NCBI RefSeq assembly: GCF_000012465.1
Contig: NC_007335.2
Coordinates: 810,001-842,000, forward strand
Direction of reading: 5' to 3'
Length of the DNA stretch: 32,000 bases
Source of the DNA: Prochlorococcus marinus str. NATL2A
Lineage (GTDB): Bacteria > Cyanobacteriota > Cyanobacteriia > PCC-6307 > Cyanobiaceae
The position numbers were made by a program, and so were the translations under genes. Shown piece after piece: positions 17,984 to 26,605 of the stretch; positions within the stretch are counted from its first letter, which is position 1, and every line of letters begins with the position of its first letter. Below the pieces are notes generated by a model. That model was not told where the DNA came from. It searched no databases and worked only from the letters and a program-made list of their open reading frames with translations.

Positions 17984-18328
17984 TTATTCTGGTAAGGAGC
18001 CACCATGACAATATCCAACTGCTAGTGAATTTATATCTATTGCATTTTGTGATCTGTTTGAATTATTAGATTTTAGATACTTTGTCGTTTTGTCTATACA
18101 TGAGGCACTTGATGATGTATACCTTACTATTGGATATATGTATAATATACCTGCAATTATTATCGCGGAATAGACAATATTTTTTTTATTTTCATTAATG
18201 AAATTTGCAGCTTCTTTTTTCTTCTTGAGATATTTAGAAAGCCATGAATCAGGTAATCCGATTTGAACAAACAAGAGTTCAACCCACCATGGTAGCTTTG
18301 ATTGGTTTTTATCTGATTTACTTTTCAT
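17984..18328 (-). CDS. Hypothetical membrane protein (114 aa)
   Basis: ATG start. Contains the segment KLPWWVELLFVQIGLPDSWL and one clear TM helix (IVYSAIIIAGILYIYPIV). No family recognised. Confidence 0.5.
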   Translation of the reverse strand: MKSKSDKNQSKLPWWVELLFVQIGLPDSWLSKYLKKKKEAANFINENKKNIVYSAIIIAGILYIYPIVRYTSSSASCIDKTTKYLKSNNSNRSQNAIDINSLAVGYCHGGSLPE

Positions 18329-18406
18329 ATTGATAGTTAGATTAATTAGCCCTTAAATAAAATTGATTAGGGCTAATATCATATCGATATTATACCAATT
18401 AAAATA

Positions 18407-18432
18407 TATACCATTTTTATAAAAATGGTATA
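18407..18432. repeat. Perfect 26-bp palindrome TATACCATTTTTA|TAAAAATGGTATA in a divergent intergenic region
   Basis: All 13 pairs were checked by hand. The half-site TATACCA also occurs in direct orientation at 18391-18397. The 10-bp palindrome ATATCGATAT lies immediately upstream (18381-18390). Confidence 0.9.
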
Positions 18433-18469
18433 GTCATCTACTTCTTTTATGAGTATTTACTCTTAATCT
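18428..18469 (+). promoter_or_regulatory. NtcA-type promoter architecture GTA-N8-TAC-N22-TAN3T upstream of the 89-aa ORF
   Basis: GTATAGTCATCTAC (18428-18441), then exactly 22 nt, then TAATCT (18464-18469). This is the canonical spacing for class II NtcA-activated promoters. The pattern is short and could arise by chance in AT-rich DNA. Confidence 0.25.
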
Positions 18470-18552
18470 ACTTTCCTTTTGATTTCTAAGATTCTTCTTA
18501 TTGATTTTTCGATTAAAGATAGTGTATTATTTTTGAGGATGAATTGTATTCA

Positions 18553-18822
18553 ATGGCAAAAAGAAGACGTAAACTTAGTCCTGAATTAGAGAAAAAAATT
18601 TCATTAGCTAAGAAGCAAATCGAATTAATTACAGCCATAATTCATGATATATATGAGGATGACATACAAGAAGAATATAAATCTGCATTTTTACCTGTAA
18701 TGAGTGCCTATCTTTCTCTTGAGCAAATGTATAAGGAAGTCGGTTTTAATGATGATACTTCCAGTCTCCATGAACTTTACTTAACGAATTTAGACAAATT
18801 TAAAAATGAATATGAACTTTAA
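18553..18822 (+). CDS. Hypothetical acidic helical protein (89 aa from ATG 18553; 92 aa if TTG 18544)
   Basis: MAKRRRKLSPELEKKISLAKKQIELITAIIHDIYEDD... A GAGGA Shine-Dalgarno-like element lies at 18535-18539. No family recognised. Confidence 0.5.
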   Translation: MAKRRRKLSPELEKKISLAKKQIELITAIIHDIYEDDIQEEYKSAFLPVMSAYLSLEQMYKEVGFNDDTSSLHELYLTNLDKFKNEYEL

Positions 18823-19049
18823 TCTTTGAGTTTTTTATTCTTTTAGTTTTATTAATTAGGCCAATAGCAAAATGATTAACTATTTTTAATCTTTTGTGTA
18901 AATTATTTTGATTTAAGATTTATATATAAAACTATTTTATAGTTTTTGATCTTTTTTGATTAAACTTTATTTAAATCTGTTTTTTTTATTAATTAACATA
19001 GCTTTTCTGTTTTAGAGAATTATATTTATAAAAATAAGTGACTATTTCT

Positions 19050-19208
19050 ATGGCAGATAACCTATACGACATTGACTCGGCGATGAATATGATCAAAGAA
19101 GATATCATAAAAGAACTTTCTGAATGTGTATCTAAGCAAAATAAAAATGTGTACTATCGACAAGGTTCATCTAACAACCTTTCTTTTTCCGATAAGACTT
19201 TGGATTAG
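19050..19208 (+). CDS. Candidate micro-ORF, 52 aa (MADNLYDIDSAMNMIKEDIIKELSECVSKQNKNVYYRQGSSNNLSFSDKTLD)
   Basis: Hand-translated. Its last 38 nt overlap the 3' end of the convergent 100-aa ORF, which argues against both being full-length as drawn. Confidence 0.2.
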   Translation: MADNLYDIDSAMNMIKEDIIKELSECVSKQNKNVYYRQGSSNNLSFSDKTLD

Positions 19209-19473
19209 TTTCTTCAATTATTTTTTTAATTTCACTGTCAGCCAACCTTGTAACTAGGAAGACCTCTTGGACCAGTCTACCTTTCCTCGCTAGGAGCTTA
19301 TAACCTTCATTTGTTTTCACTGTAACTTTTAGTTCAAGCTTCTCACCTCTACCGTTAGTCTTTGATAGCGAGGCGGGTGTAACTGTTTTTACCTCTTTGC
19401 TTGCTGCAATTTTCTTCAACCATTTAATTAGGCCTTCTATATTTGTGCTGTGGTTTTGGACAAGTCTTCCCAT
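19171..19473 (-). CDS. Hypothetical basic protein (100 aa)
   Basis: MGRLVQNHSTNIEGLIKWLKK...KLLARKGRLVQEVFLVTRL. ATG start. The pentapeptide GRLVQ occurs twice (residues 2-6 and 65-69) with different codons. I cannot name the family with confidence. Confidence 0.55.
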   Translation of the reverse strand: MGRLVQNHSTNIEGLIKWLKKIAASKEVKTVTPASLSKTNGRGEKLELKVTVKTNEGYKLLARKGRLVQEVFLVTRLADSEIKKIIEETNPKSYRKKKGC

Positions 19474-19549
19474 TTTTAGATGCCTTTTTTCGGATTTTTT
19501 AATTTCTTTTGATTTCTCTGGGAGTGAAGTACTGACCTTTCTGATAAGT

Positions 19550-19555
19550 TATAAT
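19550..19555 (+). promoter_or_regulatory. TATAAT -10 hexamer candidate for petN
   Basis: A perfect TATAAT lies 20 nt upstream of the petN ATG. There is no convincing -35 element. Such hexamers are frequent in AT-rich DNA. Confidence 0.3.
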
Positions 19556-19575
19556 TTAAGAAAATAATCCTAGTC

Positions 19576-19677
19576 ATGATCTTTACTTTGGGTTGGGCTT
19601 CATTAGCTGCGATTTTCACCTTTTCTATAGCAATGGTTGTTTGGGGTAGAAACGGTGATGGCTCGATTGATCTATAG
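19576..19677 (+). CDS. petN: Cytochrome b6-f complex subunit 8 (PetN), 33 aa
   Basis: Hand-translated as [33 protein letters not shown]. It matches the PetN core pattern TLGW.S....[10 protein letters not shown]. It is absent from the ORF track because of its size. Confidence 0.85.
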
Positions 19678-19685
19678 CCATAGCT

Positions 19686-19811
19686 ATGCCTATAGACTTT
19701 AATCTATATAGTTTTTTATCATTTTTTTCTATTGCGCTTCTATCATTTATCACAATAGGTGTGATCTATATTAGTTATATTGATTGGAAGGATAAAAGAC
19801 GAAAAAAATGA
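19686..19811 (+). CDS. Candidate micro-ORF, 41-aa single-TM peptide (MPIDFNLYSFLSFFSIALLSFITIGVIYISYIDWKDKRRKK)
   Basis: ATG lies 8 nt after the petN stop. The product has a hydrophobic helix followed by a basic tail, which is typical small-membrane-protein topology. Confidence 0.4.
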   Translation: MPIDFNLYSFLSFFSIALLSFITIGVIYISYIDWKDKRRKK

Positions 19812-19820
19812 CATCTATTT

Positions 19821-20426
19821 TTATTTAGTTTTTAGGTTTAGTGCGATAATTTCTAATGCTTGTTTCATCTTCTCAATATTTGATTTATACATACTTATAT
19901 CTTTCTCAACCCTTGAATATTGGTAGCCAAGAGATTTAGAAATATCATTTATTTCTTTATTAAGATCTTCCTCTTTTACTTCCTTAAATAATGGCATTTC
20001 GCTAACTAACTTATATATACCAATAGCATTGATACGACTATAGTAGTCATAGCCTTTGTTATCGTTATTCGTTTTTGATAGAAATGAATTTAAATCTTCT
20101 TTTGTAAATGATTTCGCATTGCTAACTAATTGTTCTGAGGAGTTATTTATCTCAGTTGGGTTAAAACCATTACAATTGCATATTGCGTCGAATAGCTTTG
20201 TAGCATGTTCGCTGGGTTTATACCCACTCGTAAATTTACTGAATACTTCTTTCAATCCTGTAGAAAAAATTGAATCTTTCTTAAAGTTTTTCTGATGACT
20301 CAACAGGTGAAGTTCTACTAGCAGTTCATCTGCAAGCTTTCTATAAATAGCTGGAATTACATAAGGAAATTCCTTATGGAAGTCAGATTTGCTGTCTGAA
20401 ATTGTTGCTCTAACGCTCAATGCCAA
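19821..20426 (-). CDS. thf1: Thylakoid formation protein Thf1 / Psb29
   Basis: [38 protein letters not shown] is the conserved Thf1 N-terminal text. There is no in-frame ATG before residue 144, so a non-ATG start is needed (TTG at 20426 or 20420). Confidence 0.85.
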
Positions 20427-20478
20427 ACCTAGTTAATTCTTAAGAGACCTTAGCTTATCCCCCGACTTAGCTAGGATC

Positions 20479-21096
20479 ATGAAAACCGACCATTATTATC
20501 GTTCAATGATTCCAATAGTTATTGAAGAATCTGGAAGAGGAGAAAGAGCCTTTGATATTTATTCAAGGCTTTTAAGAGAAAGAATTGTTTTTTTGGGTGA
20601 ACCAGTAACAAGTGATTCTGCTAACAGAATTGTTGCTCAACTCCTTTTCCTTGAGGCTGACGATCCTGATAAAGATATCTTTCTGTATATCAATTCTCCA
20701 GGTGGATCTGTTTATGACGGCCTAGGGATTTTTGACACAATGCAGCACGTTAAGCCTGATATTCATACCGTTTGTGTTGGACTAGCTGCAAGTATGGGCG
20801 CCTTTCTGCTTTGTGCAGGTGCAAAAGGAAAGAGAAGCAGTTTGCTCCATTCAAGAATAATGATTCATCAGCCACTGGGAGGTGCAAGAGGTCAGGCGAG
20901 TGATATAAGGATCCAAGCTGATGAAATCTTATTTATAAAAGATAAATTAAACAAAGAATTATCCGATAGAACGGGTCAACCCATTGAAAGAATTAGAGAG
21001 GATACAGACAGAGATTTTTACATGTCTCCATCTGAAGCCATCGAATATGGAATTATTGATAACGTCTTTAATAAAAGGCCAATAAATTCAGTATGA
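20479..21096 (+). CDS. clpP: ATP-dependent Clp protease proteolytic subunit
   Basis: [19 protein letters not shown]..., [20 protein letters not shown] (Ser) and IMIHQPLGG (His). Confidence 0.95.
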   Translation: MKTDHYYRSMIPIVIEESGRGERAFDIYSRLLRERIVFLGEPVTSDSANRIVAQLLFLEADDPDKDIFLYINSPGGSVYDGLGIFDTMQHVKPDIHTVCVGLAASMGAFLLCAGAKGKRSSLLHSRIMIHQPLGGARGQASDIRIQADEILFIKDKLNKELSDRTGQPIERIREDTDRDFYMSPSEAIEYGIIDNVFNKRPINSV

Positions 21097-21106
21097 AATT
21101 GAACTA

Positions 21107-23029
21107 CTATTTTGCATCCGGTAGAACAGGTATAAATCTATCTTTCTCAGGAATAGTCGTATATTGAGATAATATTTTGCAGAATTCATCTCCATCCATA
21201 GTTTCCTTTTCGATTAAAATTTCAACCAATTTATCCATGGCTGATCTATTCTTTTCAACCAATTCAAGTGTTTCTTGGTAGCACTTTTTAACTATTGATC
21301 TGACTTGTTCATCAATTTGCTTTGAAATTCCATCTGATATATCAGATGTGTTCATTAAGCTTCTTCCTACAAATACTTCTTGGCTATCACCTTCTAATGA
21401 AACTGGACCGAGGCTGCTCATGCCAAACCTCGTAACCATTTGCCTTGCCATTGATGCAACCATTTGTACATCACCTCCAGCCCCAGTTGTTACTTCTTCT
21501 CTTCCGAAAATAATATCCTCTGCAGCTCTCCCTCCAAGAGCCCCCATAATTCTTGCTTTTAATTGTGCCCTGCTAATCAAAGACTGATCATCATCTGGAG
21601 AGAACCATGTCAAACCCTGTGCTTGTCCTCTTGGGATAACAGTTACTTTTTGAACAGGATCATGATCTTTTACCAATGACCCTATCAAGGCATGACCAAC
21701 CTCGTGATAGGCGATGAGTCTCTTGCTTCTTCCATCTACTAGTGGTGTCCCTTCCATTCCTGCAATGATGCGATCAACAGCATCATCAATTTCAGAAAGA
21801 CCTATTTGATTCTTTCTTCTTCTGGCTGTAAGAATAGCTGCTTCATTTAGCAAATTGGCTAAATCAGCACCTGTAAAACCAGGGGTTCTTCTAGCAATAC
21901 TTTCTAAAGTTAAATCCTTTTCTAATTTTTTATTTCTTGAGTGAACTTTGAGAATTGACAATCTCCCTGATATGTCTGGCGCGTCAACGGTTACTTGTCT
22001 ATCGAATCTACCTGGCCTCATCAATGCTGAGTCAAGAACGTCAGGTCTATTTGTAGCTGCAATGATGATGATTCCACTATTACCTTCAAATCCATCCATC
22101 TCAGTCAGAAGTTGATTGAGTGTTTGCTCTCTTTCGTCATTACCTCCTCCAATTCCAGCACCCCTCTGTCTTCCGACTGCATCAATTTCATCAATAAAAA
22201 TCAAGCAAGGACTGTTTTCTTTGGCTCTTTTAAATAAATCTCTGACACGACTTGCACCTACACCTACAAACATTTCTACAAATTCTGAACCTGAAAGAGA
22301 GAAGAAAGGAACTCCAGCTTCTCCAGCAATAGCCTTTGCTAATAGGGTTTTACCTGTTCCTGGAGGACCAACTAGTAAAACACCTCTTGGTATTTGAGCC
22401 CCTACAGATGTAAATCTTTCAGGTTGTTTTAAAAATGTGACAACCTCTTCTAAATCCTGTTTCGCTTCATTTACTCCTGCTACATCATCGAATTTGACAC
22501 CAGTCTCAGCTTCCATTGCAAATCTTGCTTTTGTTTTACCAAATTGCATAGCTTGCCCTGGACCGCCTGGCATAGAGTTTGATCTTCTTGAAAGTAAAAT
22601 CAGACCTCCTATTAGAATAATTGGAAAGAGAAGGTTGCCAAGAATTCCAACTCCCGCTGGTGCCGTTTTAGGTGGATGAATGTCAAAACTGATTCCCTCA
22701 TCTTTTAGGGAGGAGACTAATTCAGGAGCCAAACCTGGTAGATCAACTCTTAAACGTTGAATTCTGTTATCAATTTCGGGATCAACGGACTCGACGATTG
22801 CATTTCTACCACCTTCGTAAATGTCAACAGAAGTTACTCTTCCAGCTTTTACATAATCAAGAAATCTTCCATAACTGATCTTTGCAACCGGAGCATTTCT
22901 TGATGGATTAGATGTATTTGTTTGATTAACTTGGGTATTTGTTGAAGAGCCAAGAATTTGCCACGTAATTAGTATTACTATCGTTATGGGTAGCACCCAA
23001 AGTGCTACAACTTTCCATTTCTTATCCAT
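21107..23029 (-). CDS. ftsH: ATP-dependent zinc metalloprotease FtsH
   Basis: Walker [27 protein letters not shown], Walker [19 protein letters not shown]...[20 protein letters not shown], and zinc site HEVGHAL. Confidence 0.95.
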   Translation of the reverse strand: MDKKWKVVALWVLPITIVILITWQILGSSTNTQVNQTNTSNPSRNAPVAKISYGRFLDYVKAGRVTSVDIYEGGRNAIVESVDPEIDNRIQRLRVDLPGLAPELVSSLKDEGISFDIHPPKTAPAGVGILGNLLFPIILIGGLILLSRRSNSMPGGPGQAMQFGKTKARFAMEAETGVKFDDVAGVNEAKQDLEEVVTFLKQPERFTSVGAQIPRGVLLVGPPGTGKTLLAKAIAGEAGVPFFSLSGSEFVEMFVGVGASRVRDLFKRAKENSPCLIFIDEIDAVGRQRGAGIGGGNDEREQTLNQLLTEMDGFEGNSGIIIIAATNRPDVLDSALMRPGRFDRQVTVDAPDISGRLSILKVHSRNKKLEKDLTLESIARRTPGFTGADLANLLNEAAILTARRRKNQIGLSEIDDAVDRIIAGMEGTPLVDGRSKRLIAYHEVGHALIGSLVKDHDPVQKVTVIPRGQAQGLTWFSPDDDQSLISRAQLKARIMGALGGRAAEDIIFGREEVTTGAGGDVQMVASMARQMVTRFGMSSLGPVSLEGDSQEVFVGRSLMNTSDISDGISKQIDEQVRSIVKKCYQETLELVEKNRSAMDKLVEILIEKETMDGDEFCKILSQYTTIPEKDRFIPVLPDAK

Positions 23030-23169
23030 AATTCTTTAAAACTTTGAACGATTCTAATAGTGCAATGCCCCTTTCTGTTGGATGGTTTCATCAGTTTCTC
23101 AGAAAGATTTAAAAAATTATATTTCGAAAATTCATGAAATAGCCAATACTTTTGATAGACAAATCATAT

Positions 23170-24399
23170 TTATAAACTTCTAAGTGCGGTAATTGGATCT
23201 AGTTTTGCGGCTCTTTTTGCTGGCAGAACACCAAAAGTCAAACCTATTGTACCGGAAATTATAACTGTTATGAAGACAGTACCAAGTCCAATTGTTGCAG
23301 GTAGAGGTGTTAATAAGGCTACAACTTTTACAGTGGTTAGTCCTAAACCTGTTCCTGCAATACCGCCTAGACTAGAAAGAATTAATGATTCAATTAGGAA
23401 TTGTGTTGATATGTCAAGTCTTCTAGCTCCTAATGCTTTCCTAAGGCCTATTTCTTCAGTTCTTTCGCTAACAGATACCAGCATGATATTCATAATACCT
23501 ATTCCACCAACTAATAATGAAATACCTCCTATTGCAGCAAGCATTAATGTTAAACCGCCCGTAATAGTTGAAACTATTTGCAAAGCATCTTTTTGAGATC
23601 TAACAGCAAAGTCATCATCTCTAATTATTTTATGTCGTTGTCTTAATAAGTTTGTTATCTGAAATTTTGCAGCCTTTGTTGATTTTTCATTTATTGCTTC
23701 AACACTTATGAAACTTAGACTTACTCCATAGGTTGGATCTTTACCAGTAATTCTGCTGACCATTGTGGATAAAGGAATGTAAGCGTTTTCGTCTTGATTA
23801 TTTCCAAACACAGCACCTTTAGGCTTCATTACTCCCACAATTTCAAAAGACTGATCTTTTATTCTTATCCGCTCTCCCAAACCTTCTCTATTTTTAAAAA
23901 GTTTCTCTTCAAGATCGGGACCAATTACCACTACGTTCTTAGCTCCTTTTGTATCTTGATTATTGATAAAACGTCCTTTTGCAATTTCAAAGCTTCTTAC
24001 AATTAAGAAGTCACTTGTAACGCCTGAAATAGAACTACTAGTACTTTTAGAACCAGTTTGGATGACTTCATTAGATGATATTTGTGGGGCGACTCTTTTA
24101 ACAGTAGGAACTTGTTCTTTTATTGCTTTTGCATCTTTAAGAACGAGATTCTTGGGAAAAGCCACTCCTCTTCTTCTTGTGTCATTATTCCCAGGAACAA
24201 CAAATAAAACATTTGCTCCAAGATTGCTTAGTTGATTTTCCGCAAGATTTTGTGCTCCTCTCCCTACACCTACAAGTGTTATGACAGAAGCATTTCCAAT
24301 CACTATCCCTAGCATTGTTAATAAGCTTCTAAACTTATTTGACTTAAGATTCTTTATTGCCATTCCCGAAGTTTCAGCAAGCGGGAGTTTTCTTTTCAT
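23170..24399 (-). CDS. ABC transporter permease, MacB/FtsX family (SalX/DevC-like)
   Basis: N-terminal TM (FRSLLTMLGIVIGNASVI), a large periplasmic MacB_PCD-like domain, and a C-terminal FtsX 3-TM block (GGIGIMNIMLVSVSERTEEIGLRKALGA). No cognate ATPase or adaptor gene is adjacent. Confidence 0.85.
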   Translation of the reverse strand: MKRKLPLAETSGMAIKNLKSNKFRSLLTMLGIVIGNASVITLVGVGRGAQNLAENQLSNLGANVLFVVPGNNDTRRRGVAFPKNLVLKDAKAIKEQVPTVKRVAPQISSNEVIQTGSKSTSSSISGVTSDFLIVRSFEIAKGRFINNQDTKGAKNVVVIGPDLEEKLFKNREGLGERIRIKDQSFEIVGVMKPKGAVFGNNQDENAYIPLSTMVSRITGKDPTYGVSLSFISVEAINEKSTKAAKFQITNLLRQRHKIIRDDDFAVRSQKDALQIVSTITGGLTLMLAAIGGISLLVGGIGIMNIMLVSVSERTEEIGLRKALGARRLDISTQFLIESLILSSLGGIAGTGLGLTTVKVVALLTPLPATIGLGTVFITVIISGTIGLTFGVLPAKRAAKLDPITALRSL

Positions 24400-24405
24400 A
24401 TGTTT

Positions 24406-25863
24406 TTAGATAAATAAAGATTCATTTTCATCTTCTGAACTAACTATCCCAACCTTTACCAAGTCTGTTGACCCACTTACACCTGAAAGTGTTCCAGCTG
24501 TCTCAACAACAAGATCTCCTTGCTTGAGGATTTTCATTTTTTTGGCCATATTCATGGCATCATCAAATGTTTTTGATGTGCTTGTTTGATTTTCTATTAG
24601 AAGGGGCGTTACTCCCCAGACAAGTTGAAGCGTGCTGGCAACACTCTTTTCATTAGTTACTGCCAATACTGGAGTGGGAGGTCTAAACTTGCTTACGTTT
24701 TTAGCGGTAGCACCACTTTTTGTTAAAGGTATTATTGCTGCAGCGTTTATTTGTCTAGCAATACTGCTTACAGCCGCACTAATCGCATTTGGAATAGTGC
24801 TTGGAAGATGACTTTCTAATGCTTTTTGTGGATAATCTCGTTCGATTCTTTTCGCAATAGTAGCCATAGTCGCCACAGACTCAATGGGATAATCACCCAC
24901 CGCAGTCTCATTTGAGAGCATTACAGCATCCGTGCCATCGAGTATTGCATTTGCAACATCACTCACCTCAGCTCTTGTAGGCCTTGGGCTTGAGGCCATT
25001 GAATCAAGCATTTGTGTGGCTGTAATAATTGGTATGCCAAGGCTGTTTGCCTTTTTGATAAGTTGTTTTTGTAATAATGGAACTTCTTCTGCTGGCATCT
25101 CTACACCTAGATCTCCTCTAGCCACCATGACTCCATCACATAATTTTAAGACAGCGTCTATTTGATCAATTGCTTCAAATTTTTCTATCTTCGCAACTAC
25201 TGGAGTGTCATATCCATGATTTCTAATTAAATCTTTTATTTCTATTAAATCAGATGGATTTCTTACAAAACTTAGTGCTACCCAATCAACACCTTGTTTT
25301 AAACCAAATGCTAGATCTTTTTTATCTTTGTCTGTTAAAGCCCTTATGGAGAGTTGAACATCAGGAAAATTAACTCCTTTGTTATTTGATAGAACCCCAC
25401 CCACAGTTATTGAACAAATTAATCTTTGTTCTTTTAAATCTACTTCTTCAACTTTCATCTCAACCCTTCCATCATCCAACAGAATTCGATTCCCAACATT
25501 TACTTCTTCAGCTAGCTTGTCGTAAGTGACATTTGCTTGGTCCTGATTACAGTCAATATTTTTCGATGTAAGAATAAATTTATCGCCATTTTTGACATTA
25601 ACTGGGCCATTTTTAAATCTACCAAGTCTAATCTTAGGCCCCTGAAGATCCTGAAGAATTCCTATGTGAATGCCTAGATCATCAGAAACTTTTCTAATTG
25701 TTTTTATTCTTTGAGCATGTTCTTCATGATCTCCATGACTAAAATTTAGACGGAAAGTAGTCGCACCGGCCTCTACTAACTTGCTTATTTGACTCGCACT
25801 CTCAGTTGCGGGTCCTATGGTAGCTACAATCTTGGTCCTTCTGGCTAGGTCGAGTATTTTCAT
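24406..25863 (-). CDS. pyk: Pyruvate kinase
   Basis: RRTKIVATIGPA..., FRLNFSHGD, MVARGDLGVE and ATQMLDSM. The stop lies 6 nt upstream of the permease ATG. Confidence 0.95.
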   Translation of the reverse strand: MKILDLARRTKIVATIGPATESASQISKLVEAGATTFRLNFSHGDHEEHAQRIKTIRKVSDDLGIHIGILQDLQGPKIRLGRFKNGPVNVKNGDKFILTSKNIDCNQDQANVTYDKLAEEVNVGNRILLDDGRVEMKVEEVDLKEQRLICSITVGGVLSNNKGVNFPDVQLSIRALTDKDKKDLAFGLKQGVDWVALSFVRNPSDLIEIKDLIRNHGYDTPVVAKIEKFEAIDQIDAVLKLCDGVMVARGDLGVEMPAEEVPLLQKQLIKKANSLGIPIITATQMLDSMASSPRPTRAEVSDVANAILDGTDAVMLSNETAVGDYPIESVATMATIAKRIERDYPQKALESHLPSTIPNAISAAVSSIARQINAAAIIPLTKSGATAKNVSKFRPPTPVLAVTNEKSVASTLQLVWGVTPLLIENQTSTSKTFDDAMNMAKKMKILKQGDLVVETAGTLSGVSGSTDLVKVGIVSSEDENESLFI

Positions 25864-25941
25864 TTATGTGACTTGTGATAACAAAAAACTAACATCTGAT
25901 TGTGTTTTATTTGTCAACTTTACTTTTTCAAGAGAATAAAG

Positions 25942-26271
25942 ATGGAATTAAATGATTATCAAAGAGAATCTCGTAAGACAGCTCTTTATCCTGATGTTGG
26001 TAGCAATGCTATTTATCCAACCTTAGGTCTTGTTGGTGAAGCAGGGGAGGTCGCTGACAAAGTAAAGAAAATCCTAAGAGACAAAAAGGGTGTATTTGAT
26101 AAAGATAGTAAGGATGCAATTAAATTTGAACTAGGTGATGTTCTTTGGTACATATCCCAGCTCTCGAGTGAACTGGGTTATGAATTGGAAGAGGTCGCTC
26201 ATGCAAACTTACAAAAGCTAAACAGCCGAAAAGTTCGAGGAAAAATTCAAGGCAGTGGTGATAATCGATGA
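25942..26271 (+). CDS. Small MazG-family (all-alpha NTP pyrophosphohydrolase) protein
   Basis: MELNDYQRESRKTALYP...LGLVGEAGEVADKVKK...ELGDVLWYISQLS. The EAGE and ELGD acidic motifs are MazG-like. The start is set at ATG 25942; the track start at 25900 is a TTG. Confidence 0.8.
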   Translation: MELNDYQRESRKTALYPDVGSNAIYPTLGLVGEAGEVADKVKKILRDKKGVFDKDSKDAIKFELGDVLWYISQLSSELGYELEEVAHANLQKLNSRKVRGKIQGSGDNR

Positions 26272-26278
26272 ACTTCAA

Positions 26279-26581
26279 CTATCCATACATTTGAAATCCT
26301 CCCATCGCCAATGCAGCTGCATTTCCTAGAATTCCTTGAACGACTCTAATAACAACAAAAGCTAAAATAGGAGATAAATCTAAGCCTGCTAATGGAGGTA
26401 TAATTCCTCTGAAAAAATTTAGATAAGGATCAGTAATAGCACACAAATTTACAAGTATGGGATTACTCATATCAAGATTTGGGAACCAGGTCAGCAAAAC
26501 CCTAATGATCAATATTGTTGAATAAATTCCAAGTGTTTTTAAAAGTACAAGAAGAATTGTCGGAATAATTTCGTAGCCCAT
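26279..26581 (-). CDS. YggT family membrane protein (Ycf19-like)
   Basis: 100 aa with IIRVLLTWFPN...P..NLCAITDPYLNFFRGIIPPLAGLDLSPILAF, the typical YggT pattern. Confidence 0.85.
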   Translation of the reverse strand: MGYEIIPTILLVLLKTLGIYSTILIIRVLLTWFPNLDMSNPILVNLCAITDPYLNFFRGIIPPLAGLDLSPILAFVVIRVVQGILGNAAALAMGGFQMYG

Positions 26582-26605
26582 TAGCCTTTGATTTTTTGTA
26601 TTATA

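Noticed and set aside
11831-19575. Known cyanobacterial RNA motifs in the spacers: glutamine riboswitch (glnA RNA) and the Yfr1 ACUCCUCACAC motif
   Set aside because: Searching by eye for the conserved core strings on both strands found no match. Structured sRNAs cannot be excluded without covariance-model scans (Rfam/Infernal).
21348-22679. Three + strand ORFs (79, 93 and 80 aa) inside ftsH
   Set aside because: They lie entirely antisense to a confidently identified FtsH CDS. Their Pro/Ser/Ala/Thr-rich, low-complexity translations are typical of antisense frames. No start context or motif supports them.
23270-24235. Three + strand ORFs (108, 70 and 90 aa) inside the MacB-type permease gene
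   Set aside because: They are antisense to a well-supported CDS and have no recognisable motifs. Their composition is consistent with shadow ORFs.
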